Source of the DNA: a virus
Reading direction: 5' to 3' (one strand)
IMG/VR virus record: IMGVR_UViG_3300032322_001107
Location: 8,850-72,849 of that record
DNA length: 64,000 bases
Positions 1 through 9,100 of this stretch are shown here, piece after piece. How positions within the stretch are numbered: the stretch's first letter is position 1; each line of letters starts with the position of its first letter. Made by a program: the position numbers and the translations under genes. The notes under the pieces are model-generated. The model was not told the origin of the DNA. It did no database searches and worked only from the letters and a program-made list of their open reading frames with translations.

Positions 1-213
1 GATAAGGGATCATTCCTCGTTCAAAGTCGGACGAATCGCGAAGACTACTACATGGTGGAATTCGCTACCGATGAAGTCGGGGATATCACAGGGTGTTCCT
101 GCACTTGTCCAAGCTATCAATTCCGCAAAGGGTGCTTCCACATCCGATACCTCTGTAAACTCTTGGGCGTCGAAACGCCGAAACCAACAAACAACCAACT
201 AATAGCAGCATAA
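1..213 (+). CDS. SWIM-type zinc finger protein (5' truncated)
   Basis: Frame 1 is open from the window start to TAA at 211-213 and encodes CSCTCPSYQFRKGCFHI (CxC-x7-CxH SWIM pattern). Not in the ORF track. Confidence 0.65.
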   Translation, partial: DKGSFLVQSRTNREDYYMVEFATDEVGDITGCSCTCPSYQFRKGCFHIRYLCKLLGVETPKPTNNQLIAA

Positions 214-216
214 TAT

Positions 217-378
217 ATGAAGAAGTCAGCACAACAAAAGAAGGTCAACAAAGTCATGGGGGAATACGGTAAGGGCAAACTTAAAAGTGGCTCTGGCAAA
301 AAGGTTACCAGCCAGAAGCAGGCCGTAGCTATCGCGATGAGCGAGGCTGGTATGAGCAAGAAGAAAAAGAAACGCTAA
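217..378 (+). CDS. Small basic protein, DUF6496-like
   Basis: MKKSAQQKKVNKVMGEYGKGKLKSGSGKKVTSQKQAVAIAMSEAG matches the family pattern KVMxEx3GKLKSGSGxxVxxxKQAxAIxxSEA; 53 aa. Confidence 0.75.
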   Translation: MKKSAQQKKVNKVMGEYGKGKLKSGSGKKVTSQKQAVAIAMSEAGMSKKKKKR

Positions 379-400
379 GTCTACAATCACACTGGGGTAT

Positions 401-1270
401 ATGCCTACTATTACTAACATATTCGGACTACCCCAGCCCTTTGTGGATTTGGTGAGCGAGTCCAGCTATTCGGCTGGCGAGGCTGATATCACAACCACCA
501 GCCTATTCCAGCCCCCAAAGATTCGGGAGTTGATGAAGCGCCATGGAGACAAGGTTACTGAGGATGCTTCAGATCGCGTATGGACAATGCTTGGAACAGC
601 CAACCACTACGTTCTGGAACAGATTGCCAAGCGCAACCCCGAACGCTACGTCTGCGAGGAGAGGTTCTATATGGATGTTGAAGGGGTGAAGCTTGGTGGC
701 CAGATCGATCTCTATGACAAGCAGGAGCAAGTCCTTTATGACTATAAGGTAAGCGGCGTATACAAGGCTATGAGCGATGATCGCTTTGAGTGGACGGCGC
801 AGGCGGCAGTCAATCGACTCCTACTGGAACACAACGGATATCCAGTAAAACGCGCAGCCATCATCTTAGTAATGAAAGATTGGAGGATGCGGGACTCCAA
901 GATCAAGGCCGACTATCCGAAGTGTGCAATTGTGGAAATCAAGCTGGATGCATGGAAGCCTGAAGAAACGTTTGCATATATCAAAAGCCGCATTACACTC
1001 CATCAGCAAGCAAAAGACCTTTCCGATGACCAGATCCCGATCTGCACACCTGAAGAGCGGTGGGAAAAACCCACCATCTACGCCGTCCTCCCGAAAGAAG
1101 GAGCGAAACGTGCCGTTAATGGAGGGCTGTACGAATCTGAATCTGAGGCTAAAGAACACGCAAAAAGAATTTCTGGTGCCGTCGAGAGACGGGATGGGAG
1201 TTGTGCGCGGTGTTTGGACTACTGTCGAGTGCGCCAGTTCTGCCAATTCGGAAGAAATCTAAAAGTATGA
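401..1270 (+). CDS. PD-(D/E)XK exonuclease (Cas4/RecB-like)
   Basis: Motifs GTANH, E-x-GQIDL, YDYK, Q-x-N and a C-terminal Cys cluster (CxxCxxYC...C). Confidence 0.85.
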   Translation: MPTITNIFGLPQPFVDLVSESSYSAGEADITTTSLFQPPKIRELMKRHGDKVTEDASDRVWTMLGTANHYVLEQIAKRNPERYVCEERFYMDVEGVKLGGQIDLYDKQEQVLYDYKVSGVYKAMSDDRFEWTAQAAVNRLLLEHNGYPVKRAAIILVMKDWRMRDSKIKADYPKCAIVEIKLDAWKPEETFAYIKSRITLHQQAKDLSDDQIPICTPEERWEKPTIYAVLPKEGAKRAVNGGLYESESEAKEHAKRISGAVERRDGSCARCLDYCRVRQFCQFGRNLKV

Positions 1271-1968
1271 ACAAAGAAATAGTAGTCGCAGCACATAACG
1301 AAATTATTAATTGGATCCCAGAACACTGGAAAAATATAACTACCATTTATAGGTGTGGAGCCCCAGAAAACAACATCACTAATAAAATTCAAAACCGAAA
1401 CAGACACCACGATCAAAATGACTTTTATGGGAAAATTGATCAACTGAGAGAATTGTATTATTTATTTAAAGAAGTTACTGAAATATTCCAAGAAAACCCA
1501 ACTTCATACGCACCCAACATTTTAACAAAAACAAAAAACACTGAAAATTGTCCTAAACTAAGGGAATCTAATCAATGGTTAAATCATATTACTTCTCGTT
1601 ACAATTGTTTGGCAGATATAACATTCTTTTTACAAGGATGTCCGTTCGATCATTGCAAAGAAATCATTGATTTGGTTGATTCAATTCAAAATGTTTCATT
1701 TTCATGTTTGCCGTATAAGGATGCTGGAAAAAACAATGAATCAATGGTTAATAATTTTTGGGAAAAAATAAACGATGGAGTTGTTCCAGAAAAAGTTTGT
1801 TGGGCTGCTGGCGCACAATTTGTAGCACATAAAAAAACTATACTTTCAAAACCAATAGAATGGTATAAAAAGATTCAACAAGAAGGACTTAAAACTGATA
1901 GAAGTGGGGAAATCCTTGAAAGAACTTGGTGGAATGTTTTAGGAGAACCAGAAATAACTAAACTATGA
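1267..1968 (+). CDS. DUF3431-like (glycosyltransferase-like) protein, AT-rich
   Basis: ATG 1267 overlaps the upstream stop. Motifs TFFLQGCPFDH, GAQFVAHKKTI, LERTW. Confidence 0.7.
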   Translation: MNKEIVVAAHNEIINWIPEHWKNITTIYRCGAPENNITNKIQNRNRHHDQNDFYGKIDQLRELYYLFKEVTEIFQENPTSYAPNILTKTKNTENCPKLRESNQWLNHITSRYNCLADITFFLQGCPFDHCKEIIDLVDSIQNVSFSCLPYKDAGKNNESMVNNFWEKINDGVVPEKVCWAAGAQFVAHKKTILSKPIEWYKKIQQEGLKTDRSGEILERTWWNVLGEPEITKL

Positions 1969-2201
1969 AAAAGAAATTCAGCAAAACAGTGACCAATCCC
2001 GATACGGGGCGTAAAAAAACTGTGAAATACGGAGAGAAGGGCAGCAAGATTGGCCCTATCGGTAGCCCCCGCGCCGATGCCTACTGCGCCCGTAGTAACA
2101 AAATCAAGGGTGATTGGCGAAGCGACCCAAACTCACCGAACAAACTTTCCCGCAAAAAATGGGGATGTAGCGGAAGCAAATCAGTTAAGAAAGGAAAATA
2201 A
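1965..2201 (+). CDS. Small basic protein (DUF6321-like)
   Basis: RADAYCARS...DPNSPNKLSRKKWGC, a pattern common in small phage proteins. Confidence 0.65.
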   Translation: MKKKFSKTVTNPDTGRKKTVKYGEKGSKIGPIGSPRADAYCARSNKIKGDWRSDPNSPNKLSRKKWGCSGSKSVKKGK

Positions 2202-2205
2202 TACT

Positions 2206-2343
2206 ATGAAGAAAAAAGGACTATACGATAATATCAACGCAAGAAAGAAGTCTGGCACTAGCCGCCCGAAATCCAAATCTACTATTGACCCCAAGGTCTA
2301 CAAGAAGATGAAGAGCAAAAAGGGTGGGTTCAAAGAGAAATGA
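2206..2343 (+). CDS. Small Lys-rich protein
   Basis: MKKKGLYDNINARKKSG..., a common phage motif (GLYxNIxAKR); ATG at 2206. Confidence 0.6.
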   Translation: MKKKGLYDNINARKKSGTSRPKSKSTIDPKVYKKMKSKKGGFKEK

Positions 2344-2567
2344 AACCACACCCAGACGATAGTATCTTCAAGGTCAAAGATTTTATCAACGAACTCTCAA
2401 GGGTTCAGGATTCTTACTTTGAGTCATTGTGCTTTGAGCTTGGTTTAGATGGAGAAGATAAACTCCGAGATTATCTATTCGACTATATCTATAACGAAAC
2501 GGAGATGATAACCTTCGGAGAATATCTAGACGAACTTGGTCAGGGAGATCTTTGGGACGGGCTGTGA
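2340..2567 (+). CDS. Hypothetical acidic protein
   Basis: ORF coupled by overlapping start/stop codons on both sides. Confidence 0.6.
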   Translation: MKPHPDDSIFKVKDFINELSRVQDSYFESLCFELGLDGEDKLRDYLFDYIYNETEMITFGEYLDELGQGDLWDGL

Positions 2568-3349
2568 CCCTAAACATCTTTACTATTATCCTTGATGGTT
2601 CTCCGTGGATCGGGGCGCAGTTTGCCGAACTCTGCCGATTAAAGGATACCGACTGGCATTGGTCGATTGTTGAGGGGGCGGCGATGCCGCAGAAGGATAC
2701 GGCTTGGATGGGGAACCAGACAGGGAAGGTCTCCCATGATGGCACTTATCAGTTCCTGCAAGCCTTGGCCACTCATCCCCGAATCACTGTTAATTCCAAA
2801 GCGGAATGGGGTGGGAAGACGGAGATGATCAATGCAGCGTTGACCGCATTTAAGAAAGATGGGGTTTTGCTTCAAATGGATAGTGATGAGTTGTGGACTG
2901 AGGAACAAATGCGGAGATTAATCGAGCTATTCGTCGCAAACCCCGAAGCAAATACCGCTCAGTTTGAAATGGATTACATGCTTGGGCCCAACGTAATATC
3001 CACATCCACAGATGGTTATGGGAATAGAGCCAATGAGTGGATTCGGGCTTGGCGCTACAGTGTTGGACTCTGGATGGAGCGGCATGAACCACCGATCTTT
3101 AATGGAAATAGGGGCAAGCCACTGGATCGCAAGGCAACATCCTCAACAGTTGGCAGCATTCTCCACATGGCATGGGTGACCCCTCAACAGGTGGCTCAGA
3201 AACAACGTATATACAAAGGTGGATACGAGAACGCCTGCGAAGACTGGGACAGGTTGCAGAAGAATAGCGAGTGGCCTGTTAAGGATCTTAAACAGTTTTT
3301 GCCATGGGTAGGAATCGGGGCTTCGGCAGATTTACTTTTCAAGGAATAA
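2564..3349 (+). CDS. Glycosyltransferase, GT-A/family 2-like
   Basis: Motifs IVEGA, SHDGT and LLQMDSDELW (DxD); GTG start overlaps the upstream TGA. Confidence 0.7.
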   Translation: MTLNIFTIILDGSPWIGAQFAELCRLKDTDWHWSIVEGAAMPQKDTAWMGNQTGKVSHDGTYQFLQALATHPRITVNSKAEWGGKTEMINAALTAFKKDGVLLQMDSDELWTEEQMRRLIELFVANPEANTAQFEMDYMLGPNVISTSTDGYGNRANEWIRAWRYSVGLWMERHEPPIFNGNRGKPLDRKATSSTVGSILHMAWVTPQQVAQKQRIYKGGYENACEDWDRLQKNSEWPVKDLKQFLPWVGIGASADLLFKE

Positions 3350-3356
3350 TCTGCTA

Positions 3357-3385
3357 TTGACCTTCTAGAGAGAGCATGGTAACTT
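3357..3385 (+). promoter_or_regulatory. Sigma70-like promoter for the virion-protein operon
   Basis: TTGACC-17 nt-TAACTT, preceded by TCTGCTA. The same TCTGCTATTGAC precedes the capsid gene at about 58029. Confidence 0.55.
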
Positions 3386-3395
3386 CGCGGGCAAA

Positions 3396-4370
3396 ATGTC
3401 CTCATTAAGTCTAGGTCTCGCTTGCGAGAGAATCCCCACATCAGTAAAACCAGTTGCCGATCCTCCCGATCTGGCGGGTTTTGATGCAGAGGCAGAACTC
3501 CGCAACAACATCAACCGCTTCTGTGAGCGGGTGCATTCGGAAGGGAAATGGGTCGGCACCTTGGTTCAGGCCATGATCACGGCCTACGAGGACGCCAACG
3601 ACAACAAGTTTATTACATTACCCCGTCATCTGGAGACCTGTATTCGGGCTGGTAAGGCGGGATATAAGACTTCAGCAGTCCAGAGTGAGTGGTACCAGTA
3701 TCTTCCTCAAGGGCGCGGCATCCGTAAGGCGGATGAGAAATACTATGGCCCGATTCAAGACATGGGCGAGGGGTTTGTAACCTTTCGGGACATTGAGACG
3801 CCGTCCCAACTTACCCTATCAAGCAGCGAAACAGAGTGTGCAGGAAGCTATATCTGGATTCGCGGAAAGGACTCAAATGGGAATAAAATTTATTCTACGG
3901 TGGATGGAGAACGAGTGGAGGGAATTCGTCTTGACCTTGGAGACGGAACCCAAACCACAGCCCAGACATTTGCGGAGATCTATTCTGTCGAGAAAACCCC
4001 TACAACGGGCGTTGTCTCTCTATCGGCTGGGGCAACTACCTTGGCGAAGTATGAGGCGGGTGAGCGGGTAATTAGCTACCGCCGCTATCTGGTAGATCGC
4101 AATTGGGACGCCGTCCAAGGCATCTTCAAGCGCAAGCATTGTTGGGCTATTAGCGACAATGATCCGCTTTATCCTGATTCTCTGGAAGCTATTAAGCTGG
4201 GCCTCATGGCCCTGAACGCCGAAGAGAAGGCTGATGTTGAGCGCGGACAATATTACATGGACAGAGCAATTTTGCTTCTCAACGCAGAACTAAAAGAGTA
4301 TAACGCAGGGCAAGAAGGGGTTATGCAAATCGCTCCTTGGCTTACCCGCCGACTCGTAAACATGACTTAA
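3396..4370 (+). CDS. Putative virion structural protein (head-tail/tail tubular-like)
   Basis: 324-aa ORF heading the operon of internal virion proteins; function inferred from position. Confidence 0.45.
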   Translation: MSSLSLGLACERIPTSVKPVADPPDLAGFDAEAELRNNINRFCERVHSEGKWVGTLVQAMITAYEDANDNKFITLPRHLETCIRAGKAGYKTSAVQSEWYQYLPQGRGIRKADEKYYGPIQDMGEGFVTFRDIETPSQLTLSSSETECAGSYIWIRGKDSNGNKIYSTVDGERVEGIRLDLGDGTQTTAQTFAEIYSVEKTPTTGVVSLSAGATTLAKYEAGERVISYRRYLVDRNWDAVQGIFKRKHCWAISDNDPLYPDSLEAIKLGLMALNAEEKADVERGQYYMDRAILLLNAELKEYNAGQEGVMQIAPWLTRRLVNMT

Positions 4371-4371
4371 T

Positions 4372-5217
4372 ATGACTGAAGAAGAACGCAGGAGAATGGC
4401 CTCTAGTGCCGTTCCTAAATTTCCAGAAGGACAGCCAACCGCATCTGTTCGCGATTGGTCTCAAAACCCCGCAGTTGCGGCAGCAATGAAAACTGGAAAT
4501 GTTGCTGATATTGAAAAAGCCACAATGGCCGCAAGAGATGCGTTTCGCGCTGGAGGAACGTGGGCAGAGGGTGCAAGACAGGTTCCGCTAAATCCCACAC
4601 CAGCATTGCAGCAAAGAACCCCAGAACAGCAACAAGATTTGTTGGCACAAATGAGAGAACGTGGTGCGGCTATTGGCCAACGACTTGAACAAGAATCAAT
4701 TCAACGTGGATATGCATTCCGTCAGGGATTGGCAGAGTCAGAAACACAGCGAGCTTTGACTCCTTCTTTTGGATCAACTGTTGGTCGCGAAGGAATTATG
4801 CGTGGAGCGCAAGCTACGGCTGAAGCCGAGCGATGGAGGTTGGCTCAAGCTGGTCGCGCCCCCATGAGTCAGGAACCAATTTCTGCTATGGGTCTTCAGT
4901 TTCGTCGCGGATCTATGGGGCAATATACTCCAGTTCGTGGACTTGGTGGCGGGCCGCAGCCACAACAAGGCATGGCAACAGCGCCTACAACACCATCTAC
5001 TCCAACTGCAAGTCTTGCTCCAATAATTCCTGAAAGATCATTGGGATTGACGGCTGAAAGCCCGCTTGCATTTACTCCGTTTGGAAGAACTATCGGTGAG
5101 TCGGCGTTCAGGACTCCAGAAATTCCCCCAGTTGTTAGATCTCCGCTTCCTAGAAATATTGCATCATCGATTAGATCTCCTCTTGGTGTTCCTAGATTTC
5201 CTTATTTGACGGCTTAA
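4372..5217 (+). CDS. Putative internal virion (ejection) protein
   Basis: Low-complexity Ala/Pro/Gln/Arg protein directly upstream of the giant ORF. Confidence 0.5.
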   Translation: MTEEERRRMASSAVPKFPEGQPTASVRDWSQNPAVAAAMKTGNVADIEKATMAARDAFRAGGTWAEGARQVPLNPTPALQQRTPEQQQDLLAQMRERGAAIGQRLEQESIQRGYAFRQGLAESETQRALTPSFGSTVGREGIMRGAQATAEAERWRLAQAGRAPMSQEPISAMGLQFRRGSMGQYTPVRGLGGGPQPQQGMATAPTTPSTPTASLAPIIPERSLGLTAESPLAFTPFGRTIGESAFRTPEIPPVVRSPLPRNIASSIRSPLGVPRFPYLTA

Positions 5218-5220
5218 TTT

Positions 5221-6183
5221 ATGGCTGAACCAATTCAATTTCCGCAGTCTGGACAAGGAGCCATATTAACTCCTTCAACCTTGGTTTCTCCCGATTTGCC
5301 AGAAGAGTGGGGTGGGCGACCCGCAGGAACATCCCGTAGAGCCATCCGAATGCAAGAAGATTGGGATAAGCGCAGAGCCGCAATGCTAGAAGAGCAGCAA
5401 ACCTCACAACAGATGGATGCACAGCGCAGGCAATTAGCTCTTCAAGAGCGGGATCAATTTATTCAAGATTCAGAATACAATCGCAAACTAAAAGAATACG
5501 AAGCGGAACAAGATATCAGGGGGCAGGCAGAAATGGAATCAAACAACATCCTTGATTGGCTAGGAGGCCGCGCTGTTGATAATCAAGGAAATCCCATTGC
5601 CAAACCAGACCCCAAAACTCCAGAATTTCAAACTGAATTTCTTCGCAGGCTTTCTGAAAATCCCCTTGGTGCAGAATTGAATAAGGGAATTGTAGATCAA
5701 TACATGGGCGCTAACAAAACCTATTTGGACGCCCAGCAAACCAAGCAAAGAGAAGAAGCCGCACTTCTGCGTGAAGAGAGGATGCTTGGTCGCCAATTGG
5801 CAGCAGAAGAAAGGGCCAAGGGCAGACAAATTGAAGCAGAAGAGAGGGCGCAAACACGCGCAGAAAAAAAAGCGGAAGAGTCACAAATAATTGGAATAGA
5901 TAAGGATATTCGCAGAGAAGAGCTTGCATTGGAAGATGTTGCGGCAAATCTTGGATTACAACGAGATCAGTCTGGAAGATTTAATATTGGCGGGCTTTCT
6001 GATACTCAGAAAAAAACATTTAGGGCGGCTGAGAATCGCGTTAGACTTTTGGAGCAAGACAGGGCACAATTGCAGGGATTTATGTTTGATACAGAGGCAG
6101 ATGCCCAAGCGGCAATTGAGGCCAAAACAGTTCCCAAGGGAGCTATTATATTTATTAATGGCAAAAAAGCTATCAACCGATAA
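5221..6183 (+). CDS. Putative internal virion protein, coiled-coil
   Basis: E/Q/R-rich helical protein with a C-terminal KGAIIFINGK cap typical of ejection proteins. Confidence 0.55.
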   Translation: MAEPIQFPQSGQGAILTPSTLVSPDLPEEWGGRPAGTSRRAIRMQEDWDKRRAAMLEEQQTSQQMDAQRRQLALQERDQFIQDSEYNRKLKEYEAEQDIRGQAEMESNNILDWLGGRAVDNQGNPIAKPDPKTPEFQTEFLRRLSENPLGAELNKGIVDQYMGANKTYLDAQQTKQREEAALLREERMLGRQLAAEERAKGRQIEAEERAQTRAEKKAEESQIIGIDKDIRREELALEDVAANLGLQRDQSGRFNIGGLSDTQKKTFRAAENRVRLLEQDRAQLQGFMFDTEADAQAAIEAKTVPKGAIIFINGKKAINR

Positions 6184-9100
6184 TGCCGATAGAATATCTA
6201 GATGATATCGAAGAGGATATTACAGAAGCGGCGGACACTACTCCTGTAGAGCAACCGCCCGTGGCTGGCATTTCTGAGCCAGTCGCACCAGAACCCTCTG
6301 GAGAGTTTGGCGGAAGGATTGAATACATCGAAGAAGAGCCTCTAGAAATAGAGCCTCCAAGAGATAATAGCTGGGACACACTCCGAGGTTTTGAGGTTTC
6401 GATGCGGCAAGTTCCGCAGTTGGCTTACGGGGTTGCGGGGTTGGTCGGTGAAACCGCAGAACAGCTTACAGGTTACGGAGAAAGTCTTCGGGATTTTGGA
6501 TTCAAGGGATACCAAGATTGGGCGCAAAGCATGGAGCCAATCTCCAAGGAAACTGACGATGTTACGGTGGCTTGGCAACGCGCAAAAGAAGGAGATGTTG
6601 GGGCTTTGGTGGATTGGGCACAATATGGAATTGGCTACGCTCTTGGACAGCTTGGAGAGACGGCGGCGGTTGCTGTATTGGGCGGGGTCGCTGGTGGTGC
6701 AGCGGGTGCGGCTGGTGGCCCAACAGCCGTTCCAGCGGCGGCGGGTGGCGCAGTAGCAGCGGCGGCTGGAAAACAAGGATTCAAGGCTCTTGCCCAAAAT
6801 CTTGTTGAGAAGGCCATTGCCAATCAGGCAACCAAGATTGTCACCAAACAAGCCCAAAAAGAAGGCGTTGAACTAACCGCCGAGCAATTAGCCAAACGTG
6901 CATCCCAAGAAGCCGTTAAGCGTCAGGCTGGAAAAGAGATTGGATCAAATGCCGCCATTTTTGCCAATGCTGTCGGTATGCAACTTGGTTCTATTTACGG
7001 ATCTGCCGAGGAACAGGCGCGAGCAGAGGGACGGGAACTTACGGGAGTTGACTTGGCTCGCATATGGGGAACTGGCGTTGCCACTGGCGGTATAGAAGGC
7101 GTTGTTGATAAATTTGGTTTGGATCTTTTGAAGGGCAAGCTTTCGGACAAACTTCCTGCTGGCAGGTTGGCTGGAGCAGCGGTGGCTGGCGGTATCGGAA
7201 CTGTTGGTGAGGCGGCAACCGAAGCCGTTCAAACCGTTGGAGAGCGTTTTGGTGCAGGAAAAGATATCCTTAGTGATGAGGCTATCAATGAATACATCAA
7301 TGCTTCCGCCTTGGGAGGTTTGGGTGGCGGGGCTATTGGTGGAGTTGGTGGATTTATCTCTGGCAACCCCAAGGAAAACGCCGCAGCCAAAGCCAAAGTA
7401 TCCTCTGAGGCAAATAAAGAGATTGCTCCCGCAAGCGCCGAAACCGTAGCCCGACAAGCCGATGCCGTCATTGCTGAGACAGTTCAAGAAACCCCCGAAC
7501 AGCGAGTGGCCCGTCTCCAAGAAGAAGCTACCGCAGCAGCAGGAATAGAACTAGAAGAAGAAGCTCCTGTTTCGGGGTTGCCCCCACAACCCGTCACCAC
7601 GCCCGTAGAACCCACAGCAGAAGGCGAGGTAGCCCCTGTAGAGCCAGTAGTTGAGCCAGCAGTAGCAGAGCCGCAGCCTGTCGCAGAAGTCGCGCCAGCA
7701 GACCAGCCATCGCCAAATCTTGCGCCCCGCGCCGAAGCAGCAGTGGAGGCACGGCCAGTCCGCCAAGAGGGCGAACCTATTGGAGACTTTCGCAATCGGA
7801 AGGATGCATGGGATGAACAATATGGCACAGATCGTCGCGGCGGGCGAACCCACAATGATGATGGAACTCCGTATCAGCCAACCGTTTTTGACGAAACAAT
7901 ATCACAGGTAAATGCGTCTGGTGTCATTGGCACAGATGAGGATGCGATGTCTGCCGCTATTGGAACAAGATCCGAACTGGAGGCTGGCAATGCCGTCAAG
8001 GATCTTGTGAATGCTGGATGGGTGTGGGATGCGGCACAAAACCGCATGGTCAACCCACAAAATCCCGAACAAAGACCCAGCGATGGACTCGTAGAAGCTA
8101 GGCAGGCACCAGCCCCTGTAACGCCAACTGCCCCCGCAGTGACTCCTCCCGCCGAGGTGGCTCCTGTTCCACAATTAGCACCAATAGAAGTAGAACCGCA
8201 AGTTGCCGCACAAAAAGCTATCGATGCCTCTAGACTTTCTGGAAGCACATTAGGCATGGACAGGGCCAATCAAGGAGTCGAACAGGCAAGAGAGGTTGCT
8301 TATGATGCGAAGAGAGAAGCATCACTTCCAAAAACACCGATTGATATTGCAATTCAAACATGGGAGGTGGCTGGTAATGAAACAAAATATGGAGAACCAA
8401 AATTTGCTTCTGGGGAGTTGGGCTTTGCTGTTTCAGGTGGGTACGATAAATCCACAAATGAAGTAAAACTTAGTAACAACCCAAGAGAATTTAGCTCCAC
8501 TTCTGGAGACTCAGCGTTGACCCCAAGATCTGTTGTGCGCCACGAACTTGGACATTGGGCATTGTTTAATGCGGCAGACAACGACTTGGTTCGTCGCCTG
8601 TTTGAGTGGGCTGACACCGCTGACAAAACTGGAATACTTAATCCTTGGCATGGAGGAAAAGCTGGAGTTGCTTATCCTAAAACAAAATTCGATTCACGCG
8701 ATGAATTGGTTTCTGAAGCATATTCCATATGGAAATCTGGAGGGAGTGTTCCAAATAATGTTATCCCGCTCTTACAGGATCTGGACGCACTTATTCCAAC
8801 CAATCTTCAAAATGAGGCATTGCAATTTGCAGATTCTCATTCAGAAAAACTTGGTGAACGCCCATCTGCTTCTCAGGTATTAAACGCGGATCGTCTACGC
8901 CGAGTAGTAAGAGCAGAACAAGCCCCAGAAGACGTTCCTTCCTTGGTGGATGCGGGGTTGGTCGAGGTGTATAAAGATCAACCAGTGCTTACCGAGGCAG
9001 GGATTGCCCAGTTGCCCGAAGCAGAACGCCCAAGGCTGAACCCCGAAGCCCGAAAGATCCAGATCGACACAGGATCAAACGAAGTAGTAGCCGAAGCCAT

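Noticed and set aside
401-1270. Cas4-like nuclease as part of a CRISPR system
   Set aside because: No repeat-spacer array or other cas genes are visible, and solo Cas4-like exonucleases are common in phages.
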